Shown: positions 1 through 9,752 of the stretch, in pieces | Numbering within the stretch: position 1 is the stretch's first letter | How the letters are laid out: each line of letters starts with the position of its first letter | Sequence record: SRR22947727_405 | DNA length: 35,249 bases | Reading direction: 5' to 3' (one strand) | The notes under the pieces: generated by a model | The model's database searches: none | The model's input: the letters and a program-made list of their open reading frames with translations, nothing else | Told to the model about the DNA's origin: nothing | Position numbers and translations under genes: made by a program

Positions 1-58
1 CTGCGATTTACAGGTCACGAGAAACACTCGGGCTAAAACGAATTTCACGACTGCTCAT
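1..58 (-). pseudogene. 5' end of a probable ParE/RelE-family toxin gene with a premature TAA (runs off the window edge)
   Basis: Minus strand from ATG at 58 reads MSSREIRFSPSVSRDL*IA. This resembles the ParE N-terminal 'xxFSPxAxxDLxxI' pattern. It overlaps the end of the upstream antitoxin-like gene. In-frame TAA at 10..8. Only 19 codons are visible. Confidence 0.5.
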
Positions 59-269
59 CACGGAGCTTTTCGACCTCACTCATCAGTTCTTCCCAAGTCA
101 GTCGTTTAGAAGGATCGCTTTCCATTTCAGCGCGTCTTTCGGCAACTTCTTCGTCCACGAAATCAGCACCTTATTCCGAAACAGATTCAAGAAGCTGCTC
201 ACCCAACTCTGCGCGCTCTTCCTTGGAAAGATCGTGGGCTAGTGGTGAGACTTCTGCAATCGTGGCCAT
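45..269 (-). pseudogene. Putative addiction-module antitoxin (TIGR02574-like, 74 codons) with an internal TAA
   Basis: Reads MATIAEVSPLAHDLSKEERAELGEQLLESVSE*GADFVDEEVAERRAEMESDPSKRLTWEELMSEVEKLRDEQS. The 'LS.EERAEL...LLES ... EV.RR.E.......TWEE' pattern is typical of this family. TAA at 173..171 is in frame. Absent from the ORF track. Confidence 0.75.
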
Positions 270-316
270 GTTTTAAAGATACCTTGTCAAGATACAGAGT
301 CAATATCCACAAAAAC

Positions 317-3300
317 TCAATACTCCTGCAACGGTGTCACACCGATTTCCTCGGCGTTCATCGAACGAATCGCCTTCACGCTGGCTTCGGCAGCACGGAG
401 CGTTGTCAAAATCGGCACGCGATTAGCGAGTGCTCCACTCCGAATGCGAACTTCATCGCGTCGCGGATCACGACCACTCGGCGTGTTGATCACAAGGGCG
501 ATTTCGCCGTTTTTGATCATGTCGAGCACGTTGGGACGGCCTTCGGACAGCTTGTGCAATTTGTTCACCGGAACGCCAGCTTCTTTCATTTGCTTGGCCG
601 TGCCGGAAGTCGAATAGATCGAAAATCCGAGTTCGGAGAATTCGCGAGCGAGCTCGATCGCTTGAGCTTTATCGCGGTCCTTCACCGATACAAAAATGTT
701 TCCACTGGATGGTAATGGAGCTGACGCCGCCATTTGCGATTTCGCGTAGGCCATCCCGAATTCAGGATCGAGGCCCATGACTTCGCCGGTTGATTTCATC
801 TCAGGTCCCAATCCGATGTCTACGCCGGGGAATTTCGCGAATGGAAAGACGGCTTCTTTCACCGAATAATGCGGCGGAATAATTGGCTCGGTAAATCCAA
901 GATCGACAAGTTTTTCACCGGCCATCACTTTCGCGGCGAGTTTAGCCAGAGGGACACCGATCGCTTTTGAAACAAATGGGACTGTCCGAGACGCACGAGG
1001 GTTCACCTCGATCACGAAAAGCTCATCATCTTTCACTGCGAATTGGATATTCATCAGACCGCGCACTTCGAGCGCTTTCGCGAGATTTTTCGCAGCTATT
1101 GAAATTCGCTCCAGCATGTCAGCACTGAGCGAAAACGGCGGGATGACACAGGCACTATCGCCCGAGTGAATCCCTGCTTCCTCGATGTGCTCCATGATAG
1201 AACCAACAACCGTCGTTTCTCCGTCGGAAATACAATCGACATCGACCTCGGTCGCGTCTTCGAGAAACTGATCAACCAAGACAGGACGATTCGGGCTCAC
1301 GTCGACCGCAGTAGTCATGTATTGACTCAATTCGTCGTCGTTGTAGACGATCATCATAGCGCGACCACCGAGGACAAACGACGGGCGAACCAGAACCGGG
1401 TAGCCAATACGATCGGCAATTACGACTGCTTCGTCAGCGGAAACCGCAGTTCCCGCAGGCGCCTGCTTCAGCTCCAATTTGTCGAGAAGGGCTGAGAAAA
1501 ACTTCCGGTCTTCAGCTTGCTCAATGCTTTTTGGCGAAGTGCCGATCACATTACAGCCGAGACGTTCGAGATCAGCCGCCAAGTTCAGCGGCGTTTGACC
1601 ACCAAACTGAACGATAATTCCCCAGGCTTCTTCCTGTTCGTAAATGTTGAGAACGTCTTCCAGCGTGAGCGGCTCAAAATAGAGTTTGTCGCTCGTGTCG
1701 TAGTCGGTCGAAACGGTTTCGGGGTTCGAATTGACCATGATAGTCTCGAAGCCCAACTCCTTCAGCGCAAAGGATGCGTGAACACAGCAGTAATCAAATT
1801 CGATTCCCTGACCAATCCGGTTAGGGCCGCCGCCGAGAATCATGATCCGGCGTTTGTCGGAGTCGCGCGCCTCGTTTTCGATCCCGTAGGTTGAGTAATA
1901 ATAAGGCGTGTAAGCCTCGAACTCTGCCGCACAGGTGTCGACGAGTCGGTAGGTTGGGATAACTCCAGCCGCTTTGCGTTTCTCGCGAACCGTGTCCTCA
2001 TGCGTATCGGTGAGGTGCGCCAGTTGGCGATCCGAAAAACCAAGACGTTTAGCCCGACGAAAGTCTACGGCGTCGATTGAGCCCTTGAAATCATCCGCCG
2101 ATTTCCAGATGTCCTCAAGATTTTTCAGGAACCAAATGTCGATTTTGGTCAGCTCAAAAATCTCATCAATGCTGAATCCAGCGTCGAACGCGTATTTCAG
2201 ATAGAAAATCCGATCGGCATTTGGCGTCGCCAACTTTTCGCGAATCTCCCCAACTTCGGGCGTGAGATCTTTTCCATCGAAACCAAATCCAAAACGGCCG
2301 ACTTCGAGCGAACGGAGCGCTTTTTGCATCGATTCTTTGAAAGTCCGGCCGATCGCCATCGCTTCCCCTACACTCTTCATCTGTGTGGTCAGGGTCGAAT
2401 CCGCGTCAGCAAATTTCTCGAACGTAAAACGCGGCAGCTTCGTGACCACATAGTCAATGGTCGGCTCGAAACTCGCGGGCGTCTTGCGGGTAATGTCGTT
2501 CGGGATTTCGTCCAGCGTGTAACCCACTGCCAGTTTTGCGGCGATTTTTGCGATCGGGAAACCGGTCGCTTTTGAAGCCAGCGCAGATGAACGCGAAACC
2601 CGCGGATTCATCTCGATCACGATCATTCGGCCGTTTTCGGGATTGATCGAAAACTGAATATTGGATCCACCAGTCTCCACGCCGATTTCACGAATCACTG
2701 CGAAAGACGCATCTCGCATCAGCTGATACTCCCGATCCGTCAACGTCTGAGCCGGAGCCACCGTGATGGAATCACCCGTGTGAACGCCCATCGGATCGAA
2801 GTTCTCGATCGAGCAAATGACCACGCAGTTGTCCGCGTGATCCCGCATGACTTCCATCTCGTATTCCTTCCAACCGAGGAGCGATTCCTCGACCAAAACC
2901 TCCGTCACCGGCGACAAATCAAGTCCGCGCGAGACGATCGTTTCAAATTCTTCTTTGTTATACGCAATTCCACCACCGCTTCCACCGAGAGTAAACGCAG
3001 GACGGATAATCAGCGGAAAACTGCCAATTTCTTCAGCGAACCCATGCGCTTCATCCATCGTATGAGCCACGCCGGAATGCGGCATATCGAGGCCGATTTT
3101 CTGCATCGCATCCTTAAAAAGCAGCCGGTCCTCGCCCTTATCGATCGCATCCGCTTTCGCGCCGATCATCCTCACGTTGTACTTGTCGAGCACACCGGAT
3201 TTGAAAAGATCCATCGACGCGTTCAGAGCCGTTTGGCCGCCCAACGTTGGTAAAAGCGCATCCGGCTTTTCCTTTGCGATGATTTTTTCAATAATCTCCG

Positions 3301-3511
3301 GCGTAATCGGCTCAATATAAGTGCGATCCGCAAATTCCGGATCGGTCATAATAGTAGCCGGATTTGAATTCACCAGAATCACCTCATAGCCCTCTTCCTG
3401 AAGGGCTTTGCAGGCTTGAACGCCGGAATAGTCGAATTCACAGCCTTGCCCAATAACAATGGGGCCAGAGCCGATGAGGAGAATTTTTTTGATCGAGTTG
3501 TCGCGAGGCAT
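317..3511 (-). CDS. carB: Carbamoyl-phosphate synthase large subunit
   Basis: N-terminus [30 protein letters not shown], two ATP-grasp halves ([10 protein letters not shown] and EVNPRASRT) and a C-terminal MGS domain. Start moved from 3550 to the ATG at 3511 to match the conserved MPR/MPK start. Confidence 0.98.
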   Translation of the reverse strand: MPRDNSIKKILLIGSGPIVIGQGCEFDYSGVQACKALQEEGYEVILVNSNPATIMTDPEFADRTYIEPITPEIIEKIIAKEKPDALLPTLGGQTALNASMDLFKSGVLDKYNVRMIGAKADAIDKGEDRLLFKDAMQKIGLDMPHSGVAHTMDEAHGFAEEIGSFPLIIRPAFTLGGSGGGIAYNKEEFETIVSRGLDLSPVTEVLVEESLLGWKEYEMEVMRDHADNCVVICSIENFDPMGVHTGDSITVAPAQTLTDREYQLMRDASFAVIREIGVETGGSNIQFSINPENGRMIVIEMNPRVSRSSALASKATGFPIAKIAAKLAVGYTLDEIPNDITRKTPASFEPTIDYVVTKLPRFTFEKFADADSTLTTQMKSVGEAMAIGRTFKESMQKALRSLEVGRFGFGFDGKDLTPEVGEIREKLATPNADRIFYLKYAFDAGFSIDEIFELTKIDIWFLKNLEDIWKSADDFKGSIDAVDFRRAKRLGFSDRQLAHLTDTHEDTVREKRKAAGVIPTYRLVDTCAAEFEAYTPYYYSTYGIENEARDSDKRRIMILGGGPNRIGQGIEFDYCCVHASFALKELGFETIMVNSNPETVSTDYDTSDKLYFEPLTLEDVLNIYEQEEAWGIIVQFGGQTPLNLAADLERLGCNVIGTSPKSIEQAEDRKFFSALLDKLELKQAPAGTAVSADEAVVIADRIGYPVLVRPSFVLGGRAMMIVYNDDELSQYMTTAVDVSPNRPVLVDQFLEDATEVDVDCISDGETTVVGSIMEHIEEAGIHSGDSACVIPPFSLSADMLERISIAAKNLAKALEVRGLMNIQFAVKDDELFVIEVNPRASRTVPFVSKAIGVPLAKLAAKVMAGEKLVDLGFTEPIIPPHYSVKEAVFPFAKFPGVDIGLGPEMKSTGEVMGLDPEFGMAYAKSQMAASAPLPSSGNIFVSVKDRDKAQAIELAREFSELGFSIYSTSGTAKQMKEAGVPVNKLHKLSEGRPNVLDMIKNGEIALVINTPSGRDPRRDEVRIRSGALANRVPILTTLRAAEASVKAIRSMNAEEIGVTPLQEY

Positions 3512-3587
3512 AGCTGCTTCAGTTTCGTTTGGCGAAATTGACACAATCAACGGGCGAGTAAAGCGGAAAGGCGTCGTGATAAATTTG

Positions 3588-4361
3588 TTAGGCAGGACTC
3601 ATCTCTCGAAAACGGCGTTTCCAGAGGACTTTACCAATGCAAATGCAAGTTCCGATAACGAGAGCTATGAAAATTCCAATGAGCGAAACAATGGTCTTAT
3701 ATTTGGTGTTTTCGACGCGACGGCTCAGCATTTCACCCATTTCAAAATCGAATTCGTAGAATTCTTGAAAGCCGATTTCCCACTCGGTCCATTGAGAAAA
3801 CTTCTGAGGCCTATATGAAATTTGACGTGGGGCAGTTGCTACTTTTATCAAAGGATCCGATTTCTCAAAAGAGGTGTAGTCAAGCCAGTCGTAAAACCAA
3901 TTCCAAGTTCGATACGGCAGCCACTTCTTATTTTTAAAAGCAGTCAGCAGATCATCAGACGCGTATTTTTTGATAATTTTTCCATTCCGGGCAAACGCGA
4001 GCGCCCAATCACCGGGATAGTGGGCGTCGCACTCATTTGAAGCGGCAATTGACGAAAAATCGTCGTTCCAGAGCATATCGGTCACAAACCAATCGATTTC
4101 AGCAACGCGTTGAAACGTTTTGAGGTCATAGATGCCGGAAGTCTTGAATTGATTCCGGAGTTCCACCACACGACCGTCGGGGAGCGCCAAGGATTCAGCA
4201 ACATCACCACGAGCGGAGGGATGCAGCCTTACCAAAAGTCGGGTTCCGTCAGGAGAAATTTCCGCAAACGACTTGGGAGCCGTCATAATCGCGAAAGAAG
4301 TCGTTCCGTTAAACCAAATACCGACAGAGAACATTATGAGAATTAGAGTCCGGCTCCGCAT
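3588..4361 (-). CDS. Hypothetical exported protein with a C-terminal membrane anchor
   Basis: 257-aa ORF with an N-terminal hydrophobic signal-like segment and a C-terminal TM helix followed by a basic tail (LWKRRFR). No family recognised. Confidence 0.65.
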   Translation of the reverse strand: MRSRTLILIMFSVGIWFNGTTSFAIMTAPKSFAEISPDGTRLLVRLHPSARGDVAESLALPDGRVVELRNQFKTSGIYDLKTFQRVAEIDWFVTDMLWNDDFSSIAASNECDAHYPGDWALAFARNGKIIKKYASDDLLTAFKNKKWLPYRTWNWFYDWLDYTSFEKSDPLIKVATAPRQISYRPQKFSQWTEWEIGFQEFYEFDFEMGEMLSRRVENTKYKTIVSLIGIFIALVIGTCICIGKVLWKRRFREMSPA

Positions 4362-4409
4362 TGCGTTATGACCTTACCTAAATTTCAGGTATTTTGGCAA
4401 TCCCTCACT

Positions 4410-4456
4410 CACGAGCCAACAGTATCTGTTCGCCAAACCAACCCTGTTCGTTCGTT
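4410..4456. repeat. 47-bp imperfect palindrome, copy 1 (divergent intergenic)
   Basis: cacgagccaacagtatctgttcgccaaaccaaccctgttcgttcgtt aligns without gaps to the reverse complement of 35121-35167. Confidence 0.75.
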
Positions 4457-4501
4457 GGATCGTTCTTGCGGCTTCTCGCATCTCACGCTAATCTTTTTAC
4501 C

Positions 4502-6100
4502 ATGAGTAATTCGGATCGGGAAAAAGTGTGGCGGTCTTTGGCGGGCCGTTTGGTCCGGAAGGTGAATGTTGGGTGGTGGTTGCAACTTTTAACACCGCTT
4601 CTTGTCGTCGGCAGCTTGGTGATTGGCTCGGCGATATTGATCATGCGTTCGATGTGGCTGCCAATTGAAAATACATGGTTTTTGATTGGTACTGGCACCC
4701 TTATCGTAATCATGCTGATCGTGGCGGGCATTTTTGCAAAGCGCCGTTTTATCGAGCAAAAAGATGGACTCGTTCGGCTGGAAGAAGGGCTTTCGCTGCG
4801 AAATGCGCTAACGGCTGCGGATCACGGAGTGGGTCAATGGCCCGCACCACCGCGCGATGAATCATCCGCAATGAAGTGGGCTGGCTTTCAATGGCGCTGG
4901 CCGGTAGTGATTACTCCTTTTGCGATCGCAACGCTTTCAATTGCAGCGGCACTGCTGATTCCCATTCCAGATTTGAAAGCTGCTGCAGATCTTCCTCCTG
5001 CGGAGCCAAGTGCCTGGGAACAGGTCGAAAAAATGCTGGATACGCTCGAAGATCAGGAAGTTATCGAGGAAGAAGCAATCGAAGAAGTTCGTGATAAAAT
5101 TGTCGAACTTCGCGCTCAGCCGGAAGACGATTGGTTCAGCCACAGCAGCATGGAAGCGACGGATACGCTTCGCGAGACGTTGCGACAGCAGATCAACAGT
5201 CTCGGAGCGGAAATGCAAACAGCCGAGCGGGATCTGAATGCGTTGCAGAATTTTTCCTCGCAGATGAGCGAAGAGGCGAAGGACATGATCATTTCGGAGT
5301 TCGAAGAAGCGCTCAAAAACATGGAACTGAGCGGCTTGGAAATGAATCAGGAACTCCTCAAGCAGCTTCAACAAATGGATCCCAAGCAACTCATGGCGAT
5401 GAGTAAATTCATCGATGCGTTGAAGGACATGGGATTTACCGAGGAAGAGTTGAACGAGGATTTTGTGAGAGATATGAAAGCGCTCGATCCCGACAAACTT
5501 GCCGAAGCTCAGAAGAAGCTCGATCCCGATGAGTTGAAGGAAATGCTGAAGCAGGCCGGCTTTGCTGAAGAGGATCTGACCGAAGAGATGCTCGAAAAAA
5601 TGCAGAAGCTTGATCCTCAGACTTTGAAAAATGCTCAGGAAGCCCAGCTTTCGAAAGAGCAAATGGATGCCCTTCGCGAACAACTGAAAAAAGCGGGTGA
5701 AGCGATGAAGGAAATGCAGGGTCTTGGCGGTGGGGAAGAAGCGCGGTTAGCCGAGCTCGAAGCGTGGATGATGAAAATGCAGGGACAGGGCCCTCCCGGC
5801 CAGGGCCAAGGTGCTGGAAATGGCGGAATCAATCGTGGCCCTGGAACCGCCCCATTATTTTTCGGAGCCGAAACCGATTTGAATACGAAAAACATCGAGC
5901 AGGTCAAAAACCTCGATCTCTCCAAGGCAGCCCCGGGAGAATTGCTCGGAGTCGGCGAAACAGAGCATGACATTGACGAACTCAAAGTCGGGCCAAAAGA
6001 AGCCGGCAAGGTGAAGTCCAAAGGTCAGGGTGGAGACACCGTGTGGCGTGAGTCTTTGATGCCGGAAGAGAAGGCCGTGTTGAAGCGGTATTTTAAGTGA
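4502..6100 (+). CDS. Membrane-anchored coiled-coil hypothetical protein with internal repeats
   Basis: Three N-terminal TM segments, a long acidic E/Q/K/M-rich helical region, a Gly-rich linker and a C-terminal 'LMPEEKAVLKRYFK'. ATG 4502 is preferred because the extension to 4394 runs through the palindromic repeat. Confidence 0.85.
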   Translation: MSNSDREKVWRSLAGRLVRKVNVGWWLQLLTPLLVVGSLVIGSAILIMRSMWLPIENTWFLIGTGTLIVIMLIVAGIFAKRRFIEQKDGLVRLEEGLSLRNALTAADHGVGQWPAPPRDESSAMKWAGFQWRWPVVITPFAIATLSIAAALLIPIPDLKAAADLPPAEPSAWEQVEKMLDTLEDQEVIEEEAIEEVRDKIVELRAQPEDDWFSHSSMEATDTLRETLRQQINSLGAEMQTAERDLNALQNFSSQMSEEAKDMIISEFEEALKNMELSGLEMNQELLKQLQQMDPKQLMAMSKFIDALKDMGFTEEELNEDFVRDMKALDPDKLAEAQKKLDPDELKEMLKQAGFAEEDLTEEMLEKMQKLDPQTLKNAQEAQLSKEQMDALREQLKKAGEAMKEMQGLGGGEEARLAELEAWMMKMQGQGPPGQGQGAGNGGINRGPGTAPLFFGAETDLNTKNIEQVKNLDLSKAAPGELLGVGETEHDIDELKVGPKEAGKVKSKGQGGDTVWRESLMPEEKAVLKRYFK

Positions 6101-6151
6101 GGCTCTGAGTTTTCTCCTAATTTCCGTTTGAGGTCATCCGTAATTATTCGG

Positions 6152-6751
6152 ATGACGACCTCGAGATTTTATAATCCCCGCATCGGTTGGTGCTGCGTCG
6201 TAGCACTGGTGATCGCTCCGTGCTTTTGGCCGATTTATCGGTATACGATCAGTAATTGCAGCAAATTGGTGGATTCTTCCAGAATTACGCTCACTCAAGA
6301 CATGCCACATTACAGAGGGACTGAAGCGTTTTTAAACCACGCAGATTCGACCGTTACAATCCGATTCAAACGATATCGATGAGAAAAAGAAGCCCGCCAT
6401 GCACTCGATCATCGTGTGGATCTTCCCGTGGGTGAAAATTCAATTGTGAGCCCTGGTGAAATTCAATTCCGTCGACACAACTTAATCGTCACTATTTACG
6501 GGTGGAGAGGCCCCGACGGCCGTGATTTCAGAAAAGCAGACGAACTTGAAATGATCAAACTTGCCAAATCGATCGATTCAAATATTCAAAATCTCGAAGG
6601 AACTCGCCTGAGTATCGACACCTACGGAAACAAAGCCTTCCTCGAATTGATCAAGCCAGTGCTCGAAGATGCTGGCGACATGTATGATGAGATTGAAAGG
6701 AAATTGGAAGAACTGGAACGCGAGTTTAAAAGGGCACGAAAGCCCGTCTGA
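6152..6751 (+). pseudogene. Hypothetical membrane/exported protein split by an in-frame TGA
   Basis: ORFs 6128-6382 and 6416-6751 are in the same frame (offset 288), with one TGA at 6380-6382: ...IRFKRYR*EKEARHALDHRVDLP... Confidence 0.6.
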
Positions 6752-6752
6752 C

Positions 6753-9344
6753 TCACGTAATCGGAGCCAACAAATCTTCCAAATCGTTCTCGGTGAACTC
6801 CAACTTCTGCGGAGCCCCTTCTAAAATCCCGTCGAACAACGCGCGTTTTTTCTGCTGCAATTTGAGAATTTTCTCTTCGATCGTTCCCTGACAAATCAGC
6901 TTGTAAACGAACACGGGATTTTTCTGGCCGATCCGATAGGCGCGGTCGGTTGCCTGCGATTCCAGCGCCGGATTCCACCACGGATCGTAGTGAATCACGG
7001 TGTCAGCTTTCGTCAGCGTGATGCCAGTTCCCCCTGCACGAAGCGAAATGAGGAACACGGGAACTTTGCCGGCCTGAAAATCATCGCACAACTTGCCGCG
7101 ATCTTTCGACTTGCCGGTCAGGGTCTGATATTCGATTTTTTCCTTATCCAACGCCTTCTCAATGAGGTCCAGCATTCCGGTGAACTGAGAAAAAATCAGA
7201 ATGCGACGCCCTTCCTCAACCATCGTCGGCAGAAGCTCCATCAGGAGATCCATTTTCGCGGAATTTTGGGCTTTTTGGGCGCTGGGCAACTTCAGAAGTT
7301 TCGGATGATTGCAAATCTGACGCAATTTCATCAGCGCTTCGAGCACAATAATTTTCGACGCTTCAAATCCACGACGATGAATTTCATCGCGCAATTCACG
7401 GCTGACACTGGCCCGAACCGCTTCGTAGAGATCGACCTGCTTTGGATTGAGCTCAATCGTTCGCACAATCTCCGTTTTCGGCGGCAAATCCTTCGCCACC
7501 TTGTCTTTCGTGCGCCGCAGCATCAACGGCGCAACGCGATCCGCGAGGCGTTTGCGGCGACCTTCGTCACGAAATTTTTCAATCGGCTTGCGGTAGCAAC
7601 GAGTGAAACTGTCTTCACTGCCAAGGAATCCCGGCATCAAAAAGTGAAACTGCGACCACAACTCACCGAGATGGTTTTCAATCGGCGTTCCCGAAAGACA
7701 AAGCCGGTGTCGCGCGTTGATTTTGTAGGCAGCTTGCGTAATCCGAGACCGCGCATTCTTAATCGTATGCGCCTCATCAAGAACGACATAATGAAACTCC
7801 TGCTCAAGTAATTCAGGATCACGCAACAACACCGGATAGGATGTCACCACGAGATCGGAATATCCCAATACGCTGTAATATTTTTTCCGATGCGGTCCCT
7901 GCAATGTCAGCACCTTTAACGACGGAGCAAATTTTGCAGCTTCCTTCGCCCAACCTGGAACCACACTTTTCGGAGCCAAAATCAGCGTCGGCAAATCAGC
8001 TCGACCGCTGGCCTTTTCTTCATGCAAATGACAGAGCGTTTGGATCGTTTTACCAAGCCCCATGTCATCGGCCAAAATACCGCAAAGCCCCTGTTCACGA
8101 AGGAACTGCAACCACTCAAAACCATCCTGCTGATATGGTCGAAGCGTTGCCTGAAATCCTTTCGGCACGTCCATGACTTCAGCTGGTTTCAGCGATTCAA
8201 GATCATCCGCAGCCCGCAACAAATAGTCTGGAGCTTGATCCACCATTCGCGGACCGCCTTTTCGATGCTCGATGGTCAGTTGCGCAGCGCGAACTTTATG
8301 GAGCTTCAAATGCCCTTCTGAATTCATCGGATCCTTCTCAAAAAGTTCCGTCAAGATTCCCAAAATTTCGTGCAACTTCGCTGCCTCCACGACGAAAAAT
8401 TTCCCTGAATCATTAAGACGAATCGGGACCTTTTTCTTCGGCGGCAGCTCCGCCATGTCTTCGAGCCGAAAACTCACCGGCTGGCTTTCTAAATATTTCA
8501 CCAAACACGGCAGCACGTTCAGTTTGGTGGGGCCGACCTGAATTCCGTATTCGAAACTGAACCAATCGGTTGCTTCGTCTTCATCGGTCATCTCGCCGTA
8601 AAATTCGGTCGGCTCGAGGATTTGCAGCCCAAAACCATCATCGATATTCACATCGCATCCTAAAACGCGGAGTTCATCGATCCGGTTCGCAAGGGTGTCG
8701 GCCCAGAACATTTCCTGTTCAGAGACCGTTTTTCCCGGGCAAACGTAACATTGACGGAAATCTACTTCCACTTCGTCCCACGGATAAACTTCGCTCAGTC
8801 GCTTCAACCCGAAACCGCGCAGCGCGGACTCAATTCGGGGATCCGTGCTATCAATCCGCGCCAACCGCAGATTTTCCAAAACCGCTCGTTGATCAGGATT
8901 GTCCCAAAAAAGTGTTCCCGAACGGACTTCGGTACTTCGAAAAAGACTCACCCCAACTGCGGGCATCGCGATTCCGTGGTGAGATGCGGAATTGCCGCAT
9001 TTTTCGCGGATCGCTTCGATCAAAAGCGCCACAACGTGCTCATTATTAGGTTTCGAATCCCCCGAACTGCGTCCATCGAGTTTCCAATCACCATTCGCAG
9101 ACTGCTGTAAAACGATGCTGACCTCGGAACCACTGACCTGTCCAAAAATTCCCGCGAATCGTCCCTGCGAGTTGATTGTTACGACCTTAACTGATTTATC
9201 ATCAACCAGCGAATGGCCCTTCCGCAGGGTATCTGCGGAGAAAATCGAGCCACAAAACGGCGGTTCAGACAACGTGACTAGAGAAAGCACGTTGGTGTCC
9301 GATCGGGCAGGATTCAGTGGAGGAGATGTTGAAGTGTCGTTCAA
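6753..9344 (-). CDS. SNF2-family (SWI2/SNF2) helicase/translocase
   Basis: LRPYQ Q-motif, LADDMGLGKT, DEAH, LSGTPIEN, LIFSQF, SLRAGGTGITL, DPWWNP and QATDRAYRIGQ motifs. Confidence 0.95.
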   Translation of the reverse strand: MNDTSTSPPLNPARSDTNVLSLVTLSEPPFCGSIFSADTLRKGHSLVDDKSVKVVTINSQGRFAGIFGQVSGSEVSIVLQQSANGDWKLDGRSSGDSKPNNEHVVALLIEAIREKCGNSASHHGIAMPAVGVSLFRSTEVRSGTLFWDNPDQRAVLENLRLARIDSTDPRIESALRGFGLKRLSEVYPWDEVEVDFRQCYVCPGKTVSEQEMFWADTLANRIDELRVLGCDVNIDDGFGLQILEPTEFYGEMTDEDEATDWFSFEYGIQVGPTKLNVLPCLVKYLESQPVSFRLEDMAELPPKKKVPIRLNDSGKFFVVEAAKLHEILGILTELFEKDPMNSEGHLKLHKVRAAQLTIEHRKGGPRMVDQAPDYLLRAADDLESLKPAEVMDVPKGFQATLRPYQQDGFEWLQFLREQGLCGILADDMGLGKTIQTLCHLHEEKASGRADLPTLILAPKSVVPGWAKEAAKFAPSLKVLTLQGPHRKKYYSVLGYSDLVVTSYPVLLRDPELLEQEFHYVVLDEAHTIKNARSRITQAAYKINARHRLCLSGTPIENHLGELWSQFHFLMPGFLGSEDSFTRCYRKPIEKFRDEGRRKRLADRVAPLMLRRTKDKVAKDLPPKTEIVRTIELNPKQVDLYEAVRASVSRELRDEIHRRGFEASKIIVLEALMKLRQICNHPKLLKLPSAQKAQNSAKMDLLMELLPTMVEEGRRILIFSQFTGMLDLIEKALDKEKIEYQTLTGKSKDRGKLCDDFQAGKVPVFLISLRAGGTGITLTKADTVIHYDPWWNPALESQATDRAYRIGQKNPVFVYKLICQGTIEEKILKLQQKKRALFDGILEGAPQKLEFTENDLEDLLAPIT

Positions 9345-9420
9345 AAATTGAGGGCGAACAGAATGACTAACTTCGTCAAAAAATCAATATATGCGAAGCT
9401 AATCTGCGACTTTTTTCTTT

Positions 9421-9521
9421 TTCGATCGAACAGGGTTGATTTTCCGAACACACCCCATTACCTCATAACTCGCTCTATATCAAAATTTATTGATTCATCG
9501 AACGTACCCTGCACGATCGTA
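9421..9521. repeat. 47-bp palindrome doublet (copies 2 and 3)
   Basis: 9421-9467 ttcgatcgaacagggttgattttccgaacacaccccattacctcata is 32/47 identical to 35121-35167 by hand count. 9475-9521 keeps the right two-thirds (ttgattcatcgaacgtaccctgcacgatcgta). Confidence 0.7.
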
Positions 9522-9571
9522 AAATGCCAACTTCGCGGGTGCTGAAAAAGCCGACCCGGGCTTTTGGGATG

Positions 9572-9665
9572 GCCGCAAAAAAGCGCAAACGTCGCAAAAA
9601 CCCTTTCTTCTGCCCCATTCATTCGAAAAGCTAAAATATTTGCGTTTTCTGCGCCTTTTTGCGGC
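9572..9665. repeat. REP/MITE-like inverted-repeat element with GCCGCAAAA arms
   Basis: Left arm gccgcaaaaaagcgcaaacgtcgcaaa (9572-9598) pairs with right arm tttgcgttttctgcgcctttttgcggc (9639-9665) around a 40-bp spacer. Confidence 0.75.
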
Positions 9666-9752
9666 AATTCAACTGTCGGATCGGTCGACTTTCCCCTTGC
9701 GGAGAATTGAGGCACGGCGTTTCTTTGCCGCCCTTTAAAAACCAACAAAATC

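Noticed and set aside
242-3253. Plus-strand ORFs over carB, and similar antisense ORFs over other long genes
   Set aside because: Shadow ORFs opposite well-supported genes, with no recognisable motifs.
9530-9752. T-box or glycine riboswitch upstream of glyQS
   Set aside because: No T-box antiterminator motif (GGTGGnACCGCG) or glycine aptamer motifs were seen. The stems are explained by repeat elements.
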